DNA of 64,000 bases from Lepidodermella squamata (taxonomy: Eukaryota; Animalia; Gastrotricha). The DNA lies in contig JBLDXI010000023.1 in assembly GCA_047495785.1 (NCBI GenBank), positions 1,054,001 to 1,118,000 on the forward strand. The letters run 5' to 3'. Made by a program: the position numbers and the translations under genes. The notes under the pieces were generated by a model. It saw only the letters and a list, made by a program, of their open reading frames with translations. It did not search any database and had not been told where the DNA came from. Shown in pieces: positions 44,584 through 57,700 of the stretch (position 1 is its first letter; each line of letters starts with the position of its first letter).

Positions 44584-47500
44584 TCAGATTTCAGCATAAA
44601 GACAAAAGTAAAGATTAATTCCCAAAACGATGAATAACGCAGCAAATAAGGCCATCAAGTCATAGACCCGGATGAGTGGCAGCGCTCTGAAGCAGCGTAG
44701 CAGTTTGATTTCGTTAGAAAGTGTAGCTTCGAAACGATTAGTCATAGCTGCCGAAGTAACAATTTCATACATTGTCAAGGCCGCAACAGTTGCTGTTAGG
44801 CTTAGGATGTAGTTCGCATAGAGAATCTGATTTGAAGTCTCAGGAACGCTGCGCAAAACATCGGACTGTGCGACAACCATTGACAGCATGATTGTGCAAC
44901 AAACTGTAGGACGATCTGGGACGGCTGGCTCCATTAGCAGGCTGCCGAATCCAAGCAACAGCAGAATGTAGCAAGGAATCAGGAAATTCACAATGTAGTA
45001 ACTAGGGTCGCGTTTGAACTTCAATAAGATCTTGACGTATGAAACTTGGGAGGTGACTCTTGATTTCGAAGCCACAGTGCCTCGTTCTGTTTTGTAGCTC
45101 TCAAATTCCCAAACGCCGTAATCAAGAAAACCAGCTATATTAACATATAACCCGCCAATCGAAAGAAACTCAGTATTCTCCTCGAGTTCCATTGTCATGT
45201 CACATGTTTGCTGATCGAAGGGAAACGTTGTTAGGTCAAGCTTGCACTTGGTGGCGAAAGTTCCAACTCGAGTCCAATGGAAAAACAAGGTTCGATTCGG
45301 CCGAGTTGGATAGTAGGCAATTTCAATCTTCTCCCCGCAAACCGGATTGGTTATGTCGAAATCGGGCGTTTTGTTAGGGAAAATCATCGAAGGTCGCCAT
45401 ATGTCAGTTCGCCGGGTTGAAACGAGCCGCTCCTTGTCATCAGCCCCTGGAGCTGTGTAGCTAGCGTCGCAGGTCGAAACCATCCATTGGAGGAGGAATG
45501 AGCCCCAGAAGTAGAGTCGCTGCTGGTCCAGCTCAAAAGACTCTACATTATCGAGATCAAGACTGATAAATACAGACGTAGCACGTCCAGGTGTTCGCTG
45601 TTCAACGCCTAAGTACGGACAGGGGATAAGATCCCCTAATGCGACTGTTGGCAACATATTCCCAGCAATGAGCTGTGGAACAGGAAAGCCTGTTACTGGA
45701 TCGTAATAAGTAGCCCCTGGATCGGTAGTAGTATTGTTCAAAAGTGCTGCTGTTATCGCAGTTGTATTCTGATTGATCGAAGTTCTCGAAGACGTGTACT
45801 GTTGTGTAGTGGTCGTCATGAGGCTGGTTGATGATGATGATAGCGAAGATGATGATGATAGCGAAGAGGATGATGAAACAGTTGTTGTGGTATCGTTCCT
45901 TGTCGGCGACAAAATCCAAGTCATCCTTCCCGAGAAACAATTTTTGAGATATTTCATCTTTCAACGAATTCTTACAATCGCCTGACGTTGGTGGTACCTC
46001 TGAATACTACCATTTCAGCCATGCTATTCCCAGTTATGTATCGTAAGTTAGTGAAACAGCCGAAGGAGTCGCCCCATAGCCGGGCAACGCTGTAATACCA
46101 ACCTGCAAGAAAAATCGTCTACAAATCGCGAAAATAAAGAAAGATACGAACCGTCACAGTGTAGTTTACTTTTTGTACTATAAGCCTGTACTTCGCATTG
46201 CCACTGGAATCAAACATATTCGAAAGACCGCACGCTGGTTGAGACACACTGGTGTAATTAAACGGCACTGGGGTGTAATTCATGACTTTGGCGCTGTCAA
46301 AAGCCGCGTAAAACTCCCCGCTACCATTTGCTAGCCGGTGAGAAATGGTCAATCCATTGTAATTCAGCATAGCATTACTGCTGCTCTGACCGTCAGTTGA
46401 GCCTATTATTTCAATATACCTAAATGGTTATTACTCGAAGGTTTTCATGTCCTCAACCTACCAAAAGACTTCCATGCATAAAGGGTGGGGAAGTTGAGGA
46501 TAAACCAAGCTGACGATCCATTCGTCGGATAATAGGCGTCTAAATCCACTTCGATGCGCCACGGCCAATTCTCATGAGTGTTGCTAAAGTCCTGTGAGAC
46601 ACATTGAAACCTGAAAATCCCGACTAAACAATAACTAGTCAACTCAACTAGTCTTTGCTCAAAGAATTATCTATTGATCAAAAGGTCAATCGAATTAGGA
46701 GCCTTAAGGTCGCCTTTCGATCGCTGTCAATCCCGGTCGTTAGCTGCAAACTGCATTTCTTGGAACAGCTTTTCTTTTTTTCTCCTCTGAGTAATTAGCC
46801 TGACATTAGCCGAACGCTCAGCTCGTAGATAGTTGAATATAAACTAAAGCTTTGCAGAATGATGAAGTAATTTTCAATAATAATTCGATTATAATAATAT
46901 AATAATAAAGTGGGGAGCACTAGCCTAGTGGATAAGGAAGCTAGCCTATGTGCATGAGGTCGTGGGCTCAACGCCCGCTGACGTAGCCCGACGGTGGTTT
47001 AGCAATCCACTGGTGAGTAAACAAATTATTACTCTATACTCTAGTGCAATTTGAAGCAATTGTTCGGGGCTCTCTGGGGCAAGAGATATGGGATGTAAGC
47101 TGTAGAAGAGGGCGCAGGAATCAAGGTGTGTCGTGGCCCAGGATAGCGTCGAGGAGACGCGGCGTTCGGCACACTGAGGTAGATGTATGCCAACGTAAAA
47201 TAGCATACAGGAGAATGAGAATGAGAAAATTAATGTCCAACTTTGACCCTGTGTACAGTTGATAATGATAACCACTCCTCTACGACTCCTTCTGAGCCAC
47301 TCGAAAATTGTTTTATGATACTTATTTCCATAGGTTTTACAGCGACAGACGCTACTTTTCCATTCTATTTTTTATAAAATCTGATTTGTCTGTCCGCAAC
47401 ATCTGTCCGCAACGAAAAATGTCTGTCCGCAACAAGTGTTTTGACGCCGAAATCATTTGTCACTCTGCATTTATATCGCCGAATCGAAGGATCTTCAATT

Positions 47501-50500
47501 TGCTGACTTAGCAAAATTAACGGGGGGCTGGTTGAGAGCAATTAGAAGCATATAAGGCGAAAACTTAATATTTGCTGTTGCGGACAGACAATTTGACAGA
47601 TTAATTTGTTGACAGAATTTGACCGTTACGCATGTGGCATGTAAATTTGGAGTTGGTGATTTTTTATGCTGAGTAACCCAGCTAGTAAAATATACAATAA
47701 CATCGTGATTTTAGGCAAGTAATTGGCACACTTTAATGACATCAAAAATCAAACAAAAGGCCAAATTTGACCTTTGATCAGACAGCTTTGCTATTACATA
47801 ACAACGGGTTGGAAAAATAAACACAAAACTTGTAAAAGTTAGAAATTATGAAGGATCACATCTTGGGCTATCCGAATATATATAATATGAGGGCTATATC
47901 GCTTGGTTTTTTTTGACTGCTTTTGCGACAAACTCGCGGAATCGCCCTTATAGATCCTGCGCACCCCTGATATGAATGACAACGGCCAGGGTGACTGGAG
48001 AGTGCAGCCTTTCAGATAGGAGCATCCCCCTGGACCCCATCGATACGTCCATGCCGTGATGCTGCTGTTATAGCCGTCGAAGCTGTTGATCATGTGAATG
48101 GAGGGAGGCCCAGCTAAATCATTCGGATACGGCACAGTAAAGGTGTCGGGATCTGGGAGTACAGATCCTTGCGTATGCCAGAAATAGCTGCATTCATAAT
48201 TTAAGAAGATAAAAAACCAGAGATCGGAGAAGTGGTCTGAGGGGGATAAGACAATTTTCTTAAAAAAACTCTCTCCAATCAGTGTGCGAAGTAGGATCCG
48301 CGAGCTGAGTAGGATCCGCCCTGTCTTTTTTATCGACCAATCAAATACATCAAAAAATGGGACTAAAATCATCCGACATCAAAACATCGATTTTCTCGAA
48401 TTTCACTCGAATTTTATGTTGAAATTGCCGGTGATTTATCCGAGTTGTCACTTTTTACTGTAATTGTTTGAAATTACGAAAAAACAAGTCGGCTCATTTT
48501 AGTCAAATTTTTGGATGTCAAATGAATTAAGACATTGGTCGGATAAAAAGCGTTTTCCCCGCAATCGATGATCTTTATGAAAATTCTGAAAAAACGAACG
48601 CAATCAGCATACAGAAATTACCCCTTCCACTTGTTAAGGGGGATTATGTAACGAAAAAAGCAGCTTAAAGAGGTTTTTATATGAATTTTTAATTTTTTAT
48701 AGGGCCATGAAAGCAGACAGACGAGCAATTTTCTTCCATTATAAATTGAATCTTCATTTCGCAATAAGGAATCACGGCGAAGCCATGTCTTCTCAGGTTA
48801 CTTTTCACGGGGAATAATCCCGTGGTGCTGTCTATTTTCTAATATTGGCAACTCTTAATCGATTATCGATTATTGATTTTGAAGTGAGTTCTTGTTTTTA
48901 TTTCAAGTGATCAAAGTCATCGCTGCTTGTTACTTTGTGGAAGATGGTTACCCCTACCGATTTTCCTTCTGAGTTTTGGACGTCTATTCCACTAAAAAAC
49001 TATGACGTTTCTAGTTTCAAAATGGGTCGATTATTCCCAAATGTTCAGCTTCAAGGGGGTAAGCTTATCTCCTTCGGAGTTTCATCGCAGCTCTCTGGGA
49101 AAATAACAACGGGAATCCCCTATACTCTCCCCTAAGCCTCTGTCCATAGTCGGATCAGATATATAAATCAGCAGCTGCAGTCAACTCACAATTTTCGGAC
49201 GACGATATCAGAATCCGAACCCATTCCGATGAGGAAAGGACCAATCCATGACTGGGCGCTCATCAGTGCATGCAAAGTGTACATGTTTCCTTGCATATCG
49301 ACATCGGCGATGCAATTTGTCGCTGGTAAGGGATAACTACCATTGAGTGGAATAATGGAAATCTGATTTTCAAGCAAAATTCCAGATAAATAGTTCTTTG
49401 ATCAACGCCAAACAACCTACATTATACGTGCGATAATTACGCTGCGTTTGGAACACGATTCGATACGTTGAGCTGCCTGAATTTGTTAGAAAATTACTGT
49501 TACCGCAGCTTGGCTACGATTCACCAAAGTCTGTACTCCCGTTCATCGGGGGTCGATAAGTGACGTTGGTTGTTGCAGGCTGTCTGAACTCGTTGTAACT
49601 TACATAGACCTTACCACCAACTTCGAGCTTGTTCCAAATCATCCCGCTACAACCAAAGCTGCTGACGGAATCGTAATTCGCAGCTGAGCTATTCGACTTT
49701 GCTAAACAAAATTAATAATTGAATATTAATTCAAGGCCAAAGGAGCATAACGTTAGCTTCCCCTGAGCAGCAAGTGCACGTTTTTTGCGAAATACTGCCA
49801 AGTTCAAGTGGGAATTGCAAGAAACTGCCTGAAAACGCCGTTTACTGCCATTTTTCATCTTTTTTAAAAACTTACTGCAGTTTTTGGAAAAAACTGGAAG
49901 TTAAAAGCTGGAAACCGCAATAACTTCGCGAAGTTGACAGTTTTTCATGAAACTTGGGAAATTCGGCATTTTCCGACTCGAGACCCGAAGTTAACTGCCA
50001 GGTGAAATATTTCTTCGTCGCCGTTAAACAAACTTTCGATTTTTCTATATTTTCACTGCGAAATGAGAAGTAGTGAACGAAAGTGAGCGAAATTCGATGC
50101 CTCGACCTCTAGTTTTTTGCCGAAAATTCCCTGGCTCGAAAACTGCCTTCTATCAATCTGTTTTTATTTATCATGAAATTTCTCGTTTTTCTCGATTTTT
50201 CTTAATTTTTCCTAATTATTTACCTGGATCCTAAAAATTACCGAATTTTTATCGTTTTCAGCCTGAACCATTTAAAATATAAGAATGACAGCAAAATTCG
50301 ATAATTTGGATTTTTCTTAAAAGCCAAATTTTTAATGACTGAAAATTGTCGCTCTAAATAAAAGCTGAAATAGGGCAAAATCATTGTTATTGGGGCGCTC
50401 GATTGTTGTGCACACAGGCCTCGGGGTGTTGCGTAATCACGCCATGCTTCAAAAATGTAGCTTTTTGGTTCCTTCAAATCATCATATTTTTGTTTTCAAT

Positions 50501-52204
50501 TCCAAAACATCCATCCCTATGTCCTATTTAGTAAGAATTTTTCGTCCGGCCTCAATTTCGCATTCTGAGCTTCATCCTTGCCTTGCTACCAGGTGTGTCG
50601 ACCATGCAATTTGGACAAGTCAGATATTTATCGAATTTTCAAGGTAATTTTGAAATTAATTCCGTTTTCTTTAATTTACCCGCAACTTTTGAAGGTTTGT
50701 CCTGCGAATCGATTTTGCAGTCGAACAAGTCTTAACGGGCCGGTCAGCAATTCGTAACGGTCTCGATGAATAATTAAGGTATTTTAGTGTTCAATTAATT
50801 TCAATTATTAATTTCAATTAATTTCTATTGTTCTTTCTGTAGTTAAGGACTCGTGCCGAATTTTACATTACCACTTGTATAATAACAAGTAGCACACTAG
50901 CTCATTAGCACCTTGATATAATACAATATATAAACTAGAAACAATAGCTATTCTTAGTTCTCAACTTTATGTGTCATAGGGCAAGCAGTTAGGATTTATC
51001 TGCCATATATGTGTTTTTTCAATAAAACATGAGTTTCTTCTTCTCGGGCCTGCTCCAGTGGCGGATTTCTGCATCGATCACAGCCGTTGTTCGAGGATGG
51101 CGTCTCGTGAAACAGCATCTACAATTAACTTGACAATTTTTCATTTTTTTTTATCAGTTTTGATGAATAAAATGATACTTGCATCGACGGATTTGCGTGA
51201 AGGGTAAAACTGTCTTTTTTGAAACAGAGAGTGAAAGCCGCATTTTTAATAGTGAATGCGAAGTAAAAATGGCCCTGAGTGAAAGTTCTAGTGAAATTAG
51301 CAACGAGCAAGTGACTGCGCAGTAGAAACCATCTCTCACCACAAAAACTCTCACCGCAGAAAACCACCCAGAAAACTGTCCAGCTCGGCAAAAAACTAGA
51401 CTTTTGACAGAATACTGCCAACAGAAAAACTCTCGCTAATTTGCATATTTAGTTTTTTTGATTTAGGCAGTTAAAAAGCCCGAAATTGTCGCTCAGGGTC
51501 GCGCCAAAAGGGCGGCTTTACTAAAAATAGTACTCGTGTATGAACAGTACGGCAGGTTCACAACGTGTTGGGGAATACAACCAGCTAAAGGTTATCACAT
51601 TCCACGGGCAAGTGACGTCAGCTAAGATGCCCTTTTGGCGCGAGGCTAACGACTAACGATAAGAATCTCAACAACTTACTTGGCACCATGTCCACTGCTC
51701 GTCCGATGCCGAAGCCGAACCAAGCGTCTGAATTGCTGGTTTTGTAGGTAATCGAAACCTCAACTTCGATCCGAAACGGAGCAACTAGGCCATGTTTATC
51801 CGTTATCAACTGCGAACGCTCTGATTAGTTCAGTTGGGGAAACTTGGGGAAACTCACTGTTCCTGCAACCAAACCGAAGGTTTTGTTAGCATTTGCCTGC
51901 GAGGAGATGAGCTGGATGCCGTTTTGGACGAATTCAGCCGAGTAGGAGAGAGTCAGACTGGAGTTTCCATTTACATTCGCATCTGTTCGGTCGAAAGACA
52001 GGTCGGCTACATATCGCGGAGGTCCTGCCAGTGATTCTTGAAGTGGAACAGAAGCTGTGTCTGGTACAGGGTCGATTCCTGATTCAACCCCACCCAATCC
52101 TAATTTTAATAGGTACATTACTCATTACTGTACCGTCCGAAACTTGTACCTGCAGACAGAATTATGAAGATGAAAACCAAATATGAGTGAAAATCAAGCA
52201 TCAT
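44584..52204 (-). pseudogene. Extended Cys-loop channel, copy 3; channel exon intact but 4-bp deletion in exon 9
   Basis: gtgaaacagccgaagg at ~46051-46066 versus gtgaaacatatagccgaagg in copy 4, giving a frameshift and stop. Introns are expanded by repeats. ATG at 52204. Confidence 0.7.
46912..47190 (+). mobile_element. tRNA-derived SINE-like element in an intron of copy 3
   Basis: Box A TAGCCTAGTGG (46921-46931) and degenerate box B GGGCTCAACGCC (~46964-46975), followed by a non-tRNA body; 3' boundary approximate. Confidence 0.5.
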
Positions 52205-53551
52205 AAGGCTAACTTCGTGAAAAATTGACGGAACATGTTTTCATTCACCTAGTTTTCTCTAAGCTTTATCTCAGCTACGGGCAGAAATTACTGCCGTTTA
52301 CAGGTTTAGTAGCTTTTAGTAGCTAAGGCTGGGAAGATTGTGGCTGATATCTCTATGGCTTAAATTGCTCATTGCTTTCAACTCAATTCGAAGATTTGCA
52401 GAGGATTTTAAAAATTAATATCATAATGTATAATGTGTTCGCCTTGGGCCTTGGGTTTATTGACTTGACAAGGTTTATTGACAATTTCAAAAGCTTGGCA
52501 CATCGCAGAGAGAGGATTATAACTTATTTCACATGAGAATATTATATTTTGTTTTTATTTGATTTTTTGACATTTTCTGAATTTGACACTGAAAAACGAC
52601 GCCTGACCTCTGAAAAATGAGACAATACCTCGGGGTTTTCCCAGAAATTCATTTCAGAGTTTTCGTTCGTTTTCGAAAAATGCAGTTTTCGACCGAGTTA
52701 ACAATCATGCGCCATTCATCTTTTTCAAAAGACACCATTTCCGCTAGTTGAAAATCTGGTATAATTTCAATTTCACCGGATTTTTCCTTCTCTTTTTTCT
52801 TTGCGTTTGGCCCTTCTTATCCTTGGCTTTATTCTTAGTGCTAGCTTTCTTTTTCCGGCGCATTCCTTAGTCAGTCCTACTTAAATTAAACTTCTATGCA
52901 CTCTGCGAATCCATCTAGTTCGGGGTCGTCTTCTCTCCTCTGGGTGCAAACCATCCTAACAGAGGCTTCTAAATGTAAAATTTGCTAATTACTCCTTCCT
53001 CGTCATAATCACGTGATCTAACAATGTGTCCGAAGTTCGAAGTCCGAAGAACATCTTCAGGGCCTAGCAACAAGCTAGTGTGATATAAACATTATCAACA
53101 ACAAATTTTACCTCACTTTCCGTCTGCGAACCAGAATTAGCAGGAAGAATGAAGATTAAGCGTTCAGTTAATTATATTGCAATTTACACTTAAATATCTT
53201 CATTGTCAGTTGAATTCCTATTAGTACATACAGTATATATATATATATCCTTTGAATAAATTTTCACAGATAAAGTTTCCCAGGTTATAAATTATAAATT
53301 CAAATATTTATTGTTCATCGATATCATATGAATAGGGGAGACGAAATAAGTGAAATATATCAATGACGCGGGGTCGCAAGATATAACAGCCCTCCGGCTC
53401 GTTGTTGTGCCCTGAAATTGCAAATGGTAAAAATTCGAACTTGTGCAAGTTTGGATTCAAAGAGTGGTCAGAAATTGCCTAAAACGCTTTCAAAAATTTC
53501 GTAAATAACTTCAGAGATACAGCCTTTCGTCTATTCGTACATGTAGAACTA

Positions 53552-53998
53552 CCGTAAACTACAGTATAGAGGCCGCGGCGATTAATTTTCCTGATTTTTC
53601 AGAAAGGGGTGAAAAATGCGGCGATTATTCAGGTGCGGCGATTATTCGAGTGCGGCCTTTATTTTCTTGAATTTTCAGCCGTCACGCTGAACTAGCAGTT
53701 TATTCACTACTAACGGGTGTAACAGGTGCGCCAGAGGGCGGATTTTACTGTAATCAAGATCTGCAGCTAGCGCGATGAGTTTACATATTCGCTAAGAAAG
53801 TGCGGATAATCCGTCTACTCGGAGTCACCCCAGGTGTCTCATTGAAGGTGACTGCTAATCGCTATCAAGTGCGGCGATTATTCGCGCGCGGCCTTTATCC
53901 TTTATTATTACCAAATTGTTGAAAATGGGGTGTTTTTGCGGGGATTATTCAGGATGCGGCCTTTATTCAGGATGCGGCCTTTATACTGTAGTTTACGG
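53552..53998. mobile_element. Tc1/mariner/pogo-type MITE with TA target duplication
   Basis: TA|CCGTAAACTACAGTATA ... TATACTGTAGTTTACGG|TA, with subterminal GCGGC(G/C)(A/T)TTATTC repeats. Confidence 0.85.
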
Positions 53999-54000
53999 TA

Positions 54001-54150
54001 TGTACAACTGTTTGACTATTCGCACATATTGTAACCCTAACCCTAACCCTAAGCTAAATTATTGTTCAATTGAAAGCTGCAAAATTGCGAAAATATCTTC
54101 AAATAGCCAAATAGTGTACATGAGTATGTACGAATAATCGAAAAGCTGTA
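54001..54150. repeat. Short inverted-repeat element with internal (TAACCC)3
   Basis: tgtacaactgtttgactattcg / cgaataatcgaaaagctgtaca arms surround taaccctaaccctaaccc at ~54033-54050. Confidence 0.5.
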
Positions 54151-54713
54151 CATAAGTATAAACGACAATCCACTTCGGGAAATACTTTACTTTGTAGTTT
54201 TGCTAAAATTAGCTAAAATTCTTAAGACATGCTAAAATTCTTAAGACATGGGGACTGAAATCAACGAGGGTCATATCGATAGCGACGTTAAATAACTCGG
54301 ACTTAGGGTCGTTTACATCCTATTCAAGGTCACGGTTGAATAAAAACTAGCTTTTCATTAGAATATCCATAAAGAAATAGCCAAGTTTAACAGTTCCAAA
54401 CTCATTCCAGGTAGTTTGAGGGATGATCACAGGAGCGATAAACTTCATGAAAATTACCGCTTGATTTCCTGAAATCCTGCTTCATTGTTTCAAGATTTGT
54501 GAACGTAACGGGTCAATAAGCACAAAATAAAAAGTCAATAAAATTCTTATCGATTGTTCATAACAATCCTCTACAATTGAATAGCCGCTCTTGTTGAAGT
54601 AAATAGCCAGAGGGCAAAGTAATATGGCGATATATGACTTGGACATTCAGCTGCGATAACACTATACGTATCCAGCAAACACATGCGCGCTGAGTTTTGA
54701 ATTCGAATACAGC

Positions 54714-57700
54714 TCAAACACCAGCGAAAACAGCCAAGTATAAATTTGCGCTTAGGATGAAAAAACCAGCCGCAAGAACTACCAGGATGTCGCAGACACG
54801 TTTAAATTCCAGTGGTTTGAAGCGGCGAAAGAGCTGGATCGGAATTGTGAATTTTACGACATCCCGAGCCATAAATATCTCATAGATGGCAACGGCAGCC
54901 ATAGTCGCGTTGAGACTCAAGGCATAGTTTGCCAACAATATTTGCTGATCAGTCTCAGGAACGCTTCGCAGGACATCAGATTGCGCGACGATCAGTGACA
55001 GCATGATTGTGCAGCATATGGCTGGGCGGTCCGGGACACTTGGATCCATCAACAAAGTACCAAGTCCAAGTACTATAAGGATGTAGCAAGGGATCATAAA
55101 ATTCACAATGTAATAGCTTGATTCGCGTTTGAACGTCAGCGTAATCCGTGCATAGGAAACACGCGAAGACGCCCTTATTCGCGATGGCATAGTACCCTGT
55201 TCACTTTTGTAATTTGATAACTTCCAAACGCCGAAGTCCAGAGACCCAACCAGTTTAACGTACAACCCGCCAATCGATACAAACTCTGTGTTTTCCTCTA
55301 AAGCCATCGTCATATCGCAGGTTTGGTTGTCGAAAGGAAAAGTTGTCAGGTCCAACTTGCAACTGGTTGCGAATGTCCCAACGCGTGTCCAGTGGAAAAA
55401 CAAGGTTCGATTCGGTCGCGTTGGGTAGTAGGCAATTTCAATCTTCTCCCCGCATACCGGATTGATTTTATCGAAATCGGGCGTTTTGTTAGGGAAAATC
55501 ATCGCAGGTCGCCATATGTCAGTTCGCCGGGTTGACACGAGCCGCTCCTTGTCCTCTGCACCTGGGGCTGTGTAGTTAGCACTACAGGAGGATACCATCC
55601 ACTGCAGCATGAGTGAGCCCCAAAAGTAAGCCCTCTGTTGGTCTTGCTCCATCGATTCGACATTTTCCAGGTTAATGGTGGCATATACCGTTGATGCACG
55701 TCCAGGTGTTCGCTGCTCGACGCCAAGATACGGGCACGGAATAATATCGTCAATAGCCACGGTTGGCATTAAGTTCCCAGCCAGGAGCTGTGGCACTGGG
55801 AAGCCAGTCACTGGATCGTAGTAAGTGCCCTGAACACTCTGATCGGTCACAGAAGTAGTTGTGGGGCCTATCGATGATGTTATCGCCGTGCTCGATGAGG
55901 TGGTGTTTTGCTGTGTAGCACTTGTCTGAAGGCTGGTTGATAAGGATGATGATGTCGAAGCAGTTGTTGTGGTGTTGCTTTTTGTCGGCGACAAAATCCA
56001 AGTCATACTTTCCAAGAAAATTGTTTCGGAGAAATTTTGATCTTTAAGAAATAGTGCTTACACTCGCCTGATATTGATGGTACCACTGAAGGCCACAACT
56101 TCGGTCGAGGTTTCCCCAGTTAAGTATCCCAAGTTAGTGAAACATATAGCCGAAGGGGTCGCCCCGTACCCCGGCAGCGGAGTAATTCCAACCTGTTAAA
56201 CAAAACCTTTCATAAACTTTGATAAAATAACAAGATACCAACCGTCACAGTGTATTTGACTTTTTGTACTATCAGCCTGTACTTCGCATTACCACTTGAA
56301 TCAAACCAGTTCGGTAGGCCGCACGCTGGCTGCGTAACGCTGGTGTAGTTGAACGGCACTGCGGTCAAACGGGTGACTATAGTGCTATCAAATGCCGCGT
56401 AAAGTTCCCCGCTACCGGTGCTGTGTATCTTGCGTCGCAAGAAGAAACCGCCCATTGCAGAAGGATGGAACCCCAAAAGTAGACCCTTTGCTGGCCCTGC
56501 TCGACAGACTCGATGTTATCGAGGTCTAGACTGATGAATACCGATGTAGCGCGTCCCGGAGCCCGCTGTTCGACACCAAGATAAGGGCACGGGGTAAGAT
56601 CATCTGTTGCAATTGTTGGTACCATATTCCCAGCCAAGAGCTCTGGAACAGGAAAGCCTGTAACTGGATCGTAGTATGAGCTCTCATTTCCTAGATCTGT
56701 CATGGAATTCGAACTTCCCTTTTCCGAAGTTGCGAGGCTTGTGGATGTTGTTATCGCATTTGTTTGTTTGATCGACGTGCTCAGTGAGGCGTATTGCTGC
56801 GTAGTAGTTGTCATGAGGCTGGTTGATGAGGATGACGATGTCTTCGATGATGACGAAACAGTCGTCGTTGTGTCGTTTCTTGTCGGCGACAAAATCCAAG
56901 TCATGCTTTCCAAGAGAATAATGATTTCGAGAGGTTTCAGGTGCAAGGAAACTTACAATCGCCTGACATTGACGGTACCCCTGAATACTACCATTTCGGC
57001 CATGGTATATCCCGTTATGTATCGTAAGTTGGTGAAGCATATAGCCGAAGGAGTCGTTCTATATCCAGGCAACGCTGTAATACCAACCTGGGAGAAAATC
57101 ATTTACCGCCGATAATAAAAAAGAAAGATACCAACCGTCACAGTGTAGTTGACCTTTTGTACTATCAGCCTGTACTTCGCATTGCCGCTTGAATCAAACA
57201 AGTTCGATAGACCGCACGCTGGTTGTGACACACTGGTGTAATTGAACGGCACTGGGGTAAAATTCATGACTTTGGCACTGTCAAACGCCGCGTAAAGCTC
57301 CCCACCGCCGTTCGCAAGTCGGTGAGAGATGATCAATCCCATGTAATTCCGCATAGCATTGAGATACCCCACGCCACCTAGTATATCTGCCAATTTATCC
57401 TAGTCAAACTTGCTGCAAAGCCTTCATATCATGAACATACTTATCGACTTATTCTCGTATAAATTGGGGAATCTCAGGATAAACCAGCCTGATGATGCAT
57501 TTAACGGATAGTATGCGTCTAAATCCAATTCAATCCGCCATGGCCATGACTCTTGAGTCCTGCAAAATTCCTATGTTTCACAGTCATTTGTAACTTCTGA
57601 CCCGGCGTAAGATCTCACTCACCCCTATTGTTATTAGAAACTGACCGACTGATGAAAGCGTGCAGCCTTTCGGATAAGAGAATACTGAGGTGGGCCGTCG

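Noticed and set aside
52790-52975. Possible LINE (RTE-like) 3' remnant (RRRPRTRWIRRV on the minus strand)
   Set aside because: Too short and degraded to support without a database search.
54033-54050. Telomere or chromosome-fusion scar
   Set aside because: Only three TAACCC units, embedded in a short inverted-repeat element.
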